Below, in pieces: positions 59,787 to 64,000 of a stretch of DNA of 64,000 nt. The translations under genes and the position numbers were made by a program. The notes under the pieces were generated by a model, which saw nothing but the letters and a program-made list of their open reading frames with translations, made no database searches and had not been told where the DNA came from. The stretch's first letter is position 1, and every line of letters begins with the position of its first letter. This DNA comes from an uncultured Dictyoglomota bacterium (GTDB taxonomy: Bacteria > Dictyoglomota > Dictyoglomia > Dictyoglomales > Dictyoglomaceae): contig CAZZIO010000022.1 in NCBI GenBank assembly GCA_964654465.1, positions 32,001 through 96,000 of the forward strand, in the 5' to 3' direction.

Positions 59787-60662
59787 TCATTTCTCACCTG
59801 CACTTAAAGAGATTCCTTGCATTAGATACTTATGGAAAACAATAAATATAATTAAAGTTGGAGCTACTGATACAAAAGCTCCTGCCATTAAAGGTCCAAT
59901 TCCTCTAAAAGGATCTCCCCAACCCGCACTAAACCTTACCAATGCTATGGGAAGAGTTAATTTTTCAGGAGAGTTCAATACAAGTAAAGGCCATAAGAAA
60001 CTATTCCAAGATCCTAAAAAGGACATTAAGGCTAAAGTAGTTAAAGCTGGCTTAACATAAGGCAAAACAACAGTAACTAAAAATCTTAATCTGGAACAAC
60101 CATCAATCCAAGCTGCATCCTCCAATTCTCTTGGAATACCTAACATATACTGTCTTAACAAAAATACTCCAAAAGTACTTCCAAGACCAGGCAATATCAA
60201 TGCCAAATAATTATCCATAAGCCCTAATCTATGAATAATAAAATATTGAGGCACCAAAAATAATACCCCAGGAAAAGCAAGAATAGCTACATAGCTCCAA
60301 AAAATTACATTTTTTCCTCTAAATCTTAATCTTGATAAAGCATAAGCAGCTGGAGTAGCTATAACAAGACCCAAAAAGGTTGAAATAATTGCCACAAAGA
60401 AGCTGTTTATTATCCCCCTCATTACACTTATACCACTGGCAGGTGAAAATACGATCTTATAATTTTCAAGGGTAGGTTCTTGAGGGATCCATCTTGGAGG
60501 ATTCTCAGTTATAGCAACTTGCGAAGATTTCAAGGATGTAGATAACATCCAAAAAATAGGAATATACCAAATAGCAGCAATTATCCAAAGTATAATTGAT
60601 AATACTATTCTTTGTAGTTCTTTATTACTCTTTAAGAGTTTCAGCCAGTTTTTTTCTTGCAT
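59787..60662 (-). CDS. Carbohydrate ABC permease (MalG-like)
   Basis: IPRELEDAAWIDG and WNSFLWP; start adjusted to the SD-supported ATG. Confidence 0.9.
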   Translation of the reverse strand: MQEKNWLKLLKSNKELQRIVLSIILWIIAAIWYIPIFWMLSTSLKSSQVAITENPPRWIPQEPTLENYKIVFSPASGISVMRGIINSFFVAIISTFLGLVIATPAAYALSRLRFRGKNVIFWSYVAILAFPGVLFLVPQYFIIHRLGLMDNYLALILPGLGSTFGVFLLRQYMLGIPRELEDAAWIDGCSRLRFLVTVVLPYVKPALTTLALMSFLGSWNSFLWPLLVLNSPEKLTLPIALVRFSAGWGDPFRGIGPLMAGAFVSVAPTLIIFIVFHKYLMQGISLSAGEK

Positions 60663-60666
60663 AATT

Positions 60667-61581
60667 TCACTCCTCTGCACTTCTAATTGTCTTAGTAAGC
60701 ATAAAAAGTTGAATCAAAGCAAAAATTAACACAATTGCAAATATATACCATGAAATAGCAGCAGCCTGTCCTAATTCTTGACGAGTAAAACCAATTAAAT
60801 AGAGATAATAAACCATTGTCCTTGTACTTCCTGCAGGTCCTCCTCCAGTAAAGAAATAAACCTGGTCAAATAATCCGAACGCTAAAAGTACTTGTCTTAC
60901 AACATCAAAAAAGAGTACATTTCTCATCCAAGGAAGAGTTACATTCCAGAAAATTCTCCAAGGACCAGCCCCGTCAATTTTTGCAGCCTCATATTGCTCA
61001 GGAGGTATTCTTTGTAAAGCACCAAGATATAGTAAAACACTGAATCCAACAATCCACCATACAGTGGTTATAATTATACAAAGCCATGCTCTGGCAGGAG
61101 TCTCAAACCAAGAAATAGCTTCACTAAGAATACCAAATTTTGTAAGATAATAATTTAGAAGACCTGTTGGATAAGATGCATATATCCATTTCCAAGTTGT
61201 AAGGATACCAACAGAACCAAAGAATGTGGGAGAAACAAAAGCTATTAATAACCATAATTTACCATAAATCTTTTGGTTAAGTATTAAGGCAATAATCATA
61301 GCAACTATAATTACTAACGGTATACTAACAACTGCAAAAATTACTGTATTTTTTACTGCAAGCCAAAATCTATCATCTGTCCAAATACGCACAAAATTCT
61401 GAAACCCCACAAAAGTTTTTTGTCCTAAAAGATTCCAATTATAAAAACTTATCTGTATATTTGAGATAAGTGGAATAATAATAAACAAAACAAAAAAGAA
61501 AAAGTGGGGGAGCAGGAACCCCCAGTTCCCAAGCTCCCACCACACTTTATTAGAAAAAATTTTCAGTTTCATAGTAGCCAT
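60667..61581 (-). CDS. Carbohydrate ABC permease (MalF-like)
   Basis: IPPEQYEAAKIDGA and TGGGP; start adjusted to the SD-supported ATG. Confidence 0.9.
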   Translation of the reverse strand: MATMKLKIFSNKVWWELGNWGFLLPHFFFFVLFIIIPLISNIQISFYNWNLLGQKTFVGFQNFVRIWTDDRFWLAVKNTVIFAVVSIPLVIIVAMIIALILNQKIYGKLWLLIAFVSPTFFGSVGILTTWKWIYASYPTGLLNYYLTKFGILSEAISWFETPARAWLCIIITTVWWIVGFSVLLYLGALQRIPPEQYEAAKIDGAGPWRIFWNVTLPWMRNVLFFDVVRQVLLAFGLFDQVYFFTGGGPAGSTRTMVYYLYLIGFTRQELGQAAAISWYIFAIVLIFALIQLFMLTKTIRSAEE

Positions 61582-61603
61582 TTCATATCTCTCCCTTATA
61601 TAT

Positions 61604-62851
61604 TTACCTTGCTGTTGACCAATAATCATCAAGAATTCTCTGCACAGCTTTTTCAGCTCTTTCCATTGCTTGCTCAGGAGTTAATTTTCTTGTTATAAGA
61701 ACATCCTCTAAATAGACTGCTATTTCATCTAATACTTCAGAAATGTAAGGGAAGAATTGAAATGTTTTTACATATGGTAATTGCTGTGCAACCACATATA
61801 TATGGGGTAGTTTCTTCTTTAATTCATCAGAAGTAGCTATAGACCTTCTTGAAGGAGTTTGCCCTGCTGCATACCAATCAAGAGCATGATCCCATAAATA
61901 TTTTACCCATCTCATTGAAGCTTGATATATCTTAGAATCTTGAACCATAACTTCAGGCAAAGCTATAATATGGGAACCACCAAATACTGCTTTTTTAGTA
62001 CCCACTTGTGGACATGGGGCATACCCAAAATCCTTTCCAAGAGCCTGCAACCATGGGTTTATAGTCCATATTCCAGTAATTAAGACAGAAGTTTGACCTG
62101 ATTGGAATGGTGGACCAGGATCTACAGCAGCTTTTGGGAAAATACCTCTTTCTTGGAGATCCATAAGGAATTTAAGGGTTTGAACAGCTGCATCTTTAAA
62201 TGCTGGCTTCTTAAAATCAGGAGTCAAAAGATCTCCACCAAATTGCCAGAGAAAATGAACAAATATCCAAGCCCATGTAGGATTTTCATAGTAAGGTGTT
62301 AATCCTTTTGGTGTTATTTTCTTTAAAGCCTCCATTGCCTTAATAAACTCATCCCTTGTTCTTGGAGGCCTCTCAGGGTCAAGCCCTGCTTTTTTGAAAT
62401 TTGCTTTGTTGTATGCCATGTAAAAAATCCATACATCAAGTGGTATTCCATAATACTTGTTATCTTTAACTAAACCTTCCAATAAATTAGGGTATACATC
62501 TTTTATATTCACTCCGTATTTTGCTAATTCTCCTAATGTGAATCCCTTCATTTGATTAAGATACATTGGTAAATCAAACTTTCTAATAAGAAGAACCTGT
62601 GGGGCAGACTTTGTAGCTAAACCAGTCGATAACTTTTGCTTATATTCAACTGAACTACCTACAACCATGTGGACCACATTTACATCAGGATTTTCCTTGT
62701 TGAAATTCTGTATTATTTGGTCCATATATGCTCCATCAGCACCACTTAATGGGGTCATAAAAGTAATTTGAACTTTGGTTTGCGATGAAGAAATATTGAG
62801 AATAAACAGAAGAAGAATCAAAAGGATACTTAGTGGAAGAATCTTTTTCAC
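61604..62851 (-). CDS. Carbohydrate ABC substrate-binding protein (family 1), probably for arabino-oligosaccharides
   Basis: GGGGAGGTGA SD before GTG at 62851; signal peptide; YGIP..YNK..FKKAGLDP..PP.T and GGSH. Confidence 0.88.
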   Translation of the reverse strand: MKKILPLSILLILLLFILNISSSQTKVQITFMTPLSGADGAYMDQIIQNFNKENPDVNVVHMVVGSSVEYKQKLSTGLATKSAPQVLLIRKFDLPMYLNQMKGFTLGELAKYGVNIKDVYPNLLEGLVKDNKYYGIPLDVWIFYMAYNKANFKKAGLDPERPPRTRDEFIKAMEALKKITPKGLTPYYENPTWAWIFVHFLWQFGGDLLTPDFKKPAFKDAAVQTLKFLMDLQERGIFPKAAVDPGPPFQSGQTSVLITGIWTINPWLQALGKDFGYAPCPQVGTKKAVFGGSHIIALPEVMVQDSKIYQASMRWVKYLWDHALDWYAAGQTPSRRSIATSDELKKKLPHIYVVAQQLPYVKTFQFFPYISEVLDEIAVYLEDVLITRKLTPEQAMERAEKAVQRILDDYWSTAR

Positions 62852-62891
62852 AGAGGTCACCTCCCCTACTTTAATAAAATTTTCATTAAAA

Positions 62892-62920
62892 ATTTTATCT
62901 ACTAAAAACATAAATGTCAA
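62892..62920 (-). promoter_or_regulatory. Sigma70-type promoter of the arabinan ABC/GH43 operon
   Basis: TTGACA-17-TAAAAT. Confidence 0.65.
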
Positions 62921-63012
62921 GTATAAATTTTAAAATCCTTTATTTATCTAAATTTCTTTCTTATATTTAACACATTAATCCTACCCGAAAAGGTTTTCAT
63001 ATAACTCATCAA

Positions 63013-63042
63013 AAAGGGGAGCACATATTGATGCTCCCCTTT
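63013..63042 (-). terminator. Intrinsic terminator
   Basis: AAAGGGGAGCA/TGCTCCCCTTT with a minus-strand U tract. Confidence 0.78.
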
Positions 63043-63058
63043 AGAACCTTATCTCACT

Positions 63059-64000
63059 CTATTTTAAAAAAGGATTTTCATGAGGATATCTTTCATTGGG
63101 TCCCAAATTATAATAAATTTCCTCTATACCAAGTAGTTTCAGCACCTCATAAATATATCTTGCAACATGCTTAAAACCAACTGCAGTGTGATGAGGAAAT
63201 TTCTTTTCTAACATCACATATCTATAGAATCTCCCCATCTCTCTAATTGCAAAAACACCTATGCTACCAAAAGATCTTGGATCCATATCAAGAATTTCTC
63301 CTTCAGCAACATATGAGATTAATCTTGCATCAGGAGTTGCATGTAACCTAAATATGAGCATTTCACCAGGTCTTAATCTTCCCTCTAAAGTACCTCTGGT
63401 AATATTAGGCTCCTTATCTGGCTCCATTAATCTATGCATAATCAATTGATATCTCATAGAATAATCAATAAGACAACAAGAAGGAGTGTTTCCACAATGA
63501 AATCCCATGAATAGATCTGTAGGTTTATAATCTTTCATTTTATCTTTTTGCTCTTCCATAAGATCATAAGGTACAGTATTATTTACATCTAAAAGAGTAG
63601 CTGGCATCTCACTGGTAGTATAAATAATATATTCACTAAGTGCACCATAAACATCAACCTCGCAAGCAACAGGGATTCCTCTTGTTGCAAGTCTTGAATT
63701 TATATAACAAGGAACAAAACCAAAATATTTCTCAAAGGCCGGCCAACACTTATTTGCAAATATACCAAATTCAGAAGCACCTAAGTTTTTCTCCATAAAA
63801 TCAATTAATGCAATTTCATATTGAGCTAATTTTCTTAGCAATTCTGGATATTTATTTCCAGTTCCAAGCTCTTTAGCCATATCTTCCATCACTTCAGGAA
63901 TTCTTGGATCGTTTTCAGCTCGCTTATATACATCGTAGAGATCTAATTCACTATTCTCCATTATAGATATACCTATATCATATAGGGGTTTTATAGGTGT
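63059..64000 (-). CDS. L-fucose/L-arabinose isomerase-family protein (N-terminus outside the window)
   Basis: Frame is open to the window edge; KCWP, PVACEVD..GA, FHCGN and FPHH motifs. Confidence 0.8.
   Translation of the reverse strand, partial: TPIKPLYDIGISIMENSELDLYDVYKRAENDPRIPEVMEDMAKELGTGNKYPELLRKLAQYEIALIDFMEKNLGASEFGIFANKCWPAFEKYFGFVPCYINSRLATRGIPVACEVDVYGALSEYIIYTTSEMPATLLDVNNTVPYDLMEEQKDKMKDYKPTDLFMGFHCGNTPSCCLIDYSMRYQLIMHRLMEPDKEPNITRGTLEGRLRPGEMLIFRLHATPDARLISYVAEGEILDMDPRSFGSIGVFAIREMGRFYRYVMLEKKFPHHTAVGFKHVARYIYEVLKLLGIEEIYYNLGPNERYPHENPFLK

Noticed and set aside
2378-63449. Many 60-126 aa ORFs antisense to or nested in long genes (e.g. 2378, 2800, 7876, 11320, 14095, 47611, 50398)
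   Set aside because: Shadow ORFs with no SD or recognisable motifs, lying inside well-supported genes
1-64000. CRISPR arrays, IS elements, prophage, rRNA
   Set aside because: No spaced direct repeats, transposases, phage genes or rRNA-like sequence seen

Overview
AT-rich (roughly 30% GC by eye), very gene-dense chromosomal segment from a thermophilic anaerobe. It is most likely Dictyoglomus or a close relative, because the first complete gene closely resembles D. thermophilum AmyC as I recall it. The window is dominated by polysaccharide use: a GH13 amylase, a GH4 plus BadF-family kinase, a xylose isomerase-like enzyme, two CBM-only lipoproteins, two Opp-type and one CUT1 sugar ABC systems, a GH67 alpha-glucuronidase, a GH43 arabinanase, a fucose/arabinose-type isomerase, and LacI and ROK regulators. 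It also carries redox and metal genes (2-oxoacid:ferredoxin oxidoreductase, a NuoEF/HydCB-like pair, a Zn ABC transporter, rubrerythrin-VIT1, a CDF exporter), nrdR-nrdD-nrdG, cysS, tRNA-Ser(CGA), c-di-GMP enzymes and three radical SAM proteins. I saw no mobile element, prophage or CRISPR array. Most notable signals: (1) a ~29-bp wobble-rich leader hairpin that buries the SD and AUG of a macrodomain-DUF362 operon; (2) a non-canonical UroD/MtaA-fold gene coupled to alpha-glucuronidase, a candidate 4-O-methylglucuronate demethylase; (3) a NiCo riboswitch with terminator before the CDF gene; (4) a shared LacI-type operator defining a xylan regulon; (5) a cluster-stripped orphan HydBC pair; (6) probable ATC/ATA start codons and near-leaderless genes. 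All calls come from reading the sequence and from recalled family motifs; no database searches were run.
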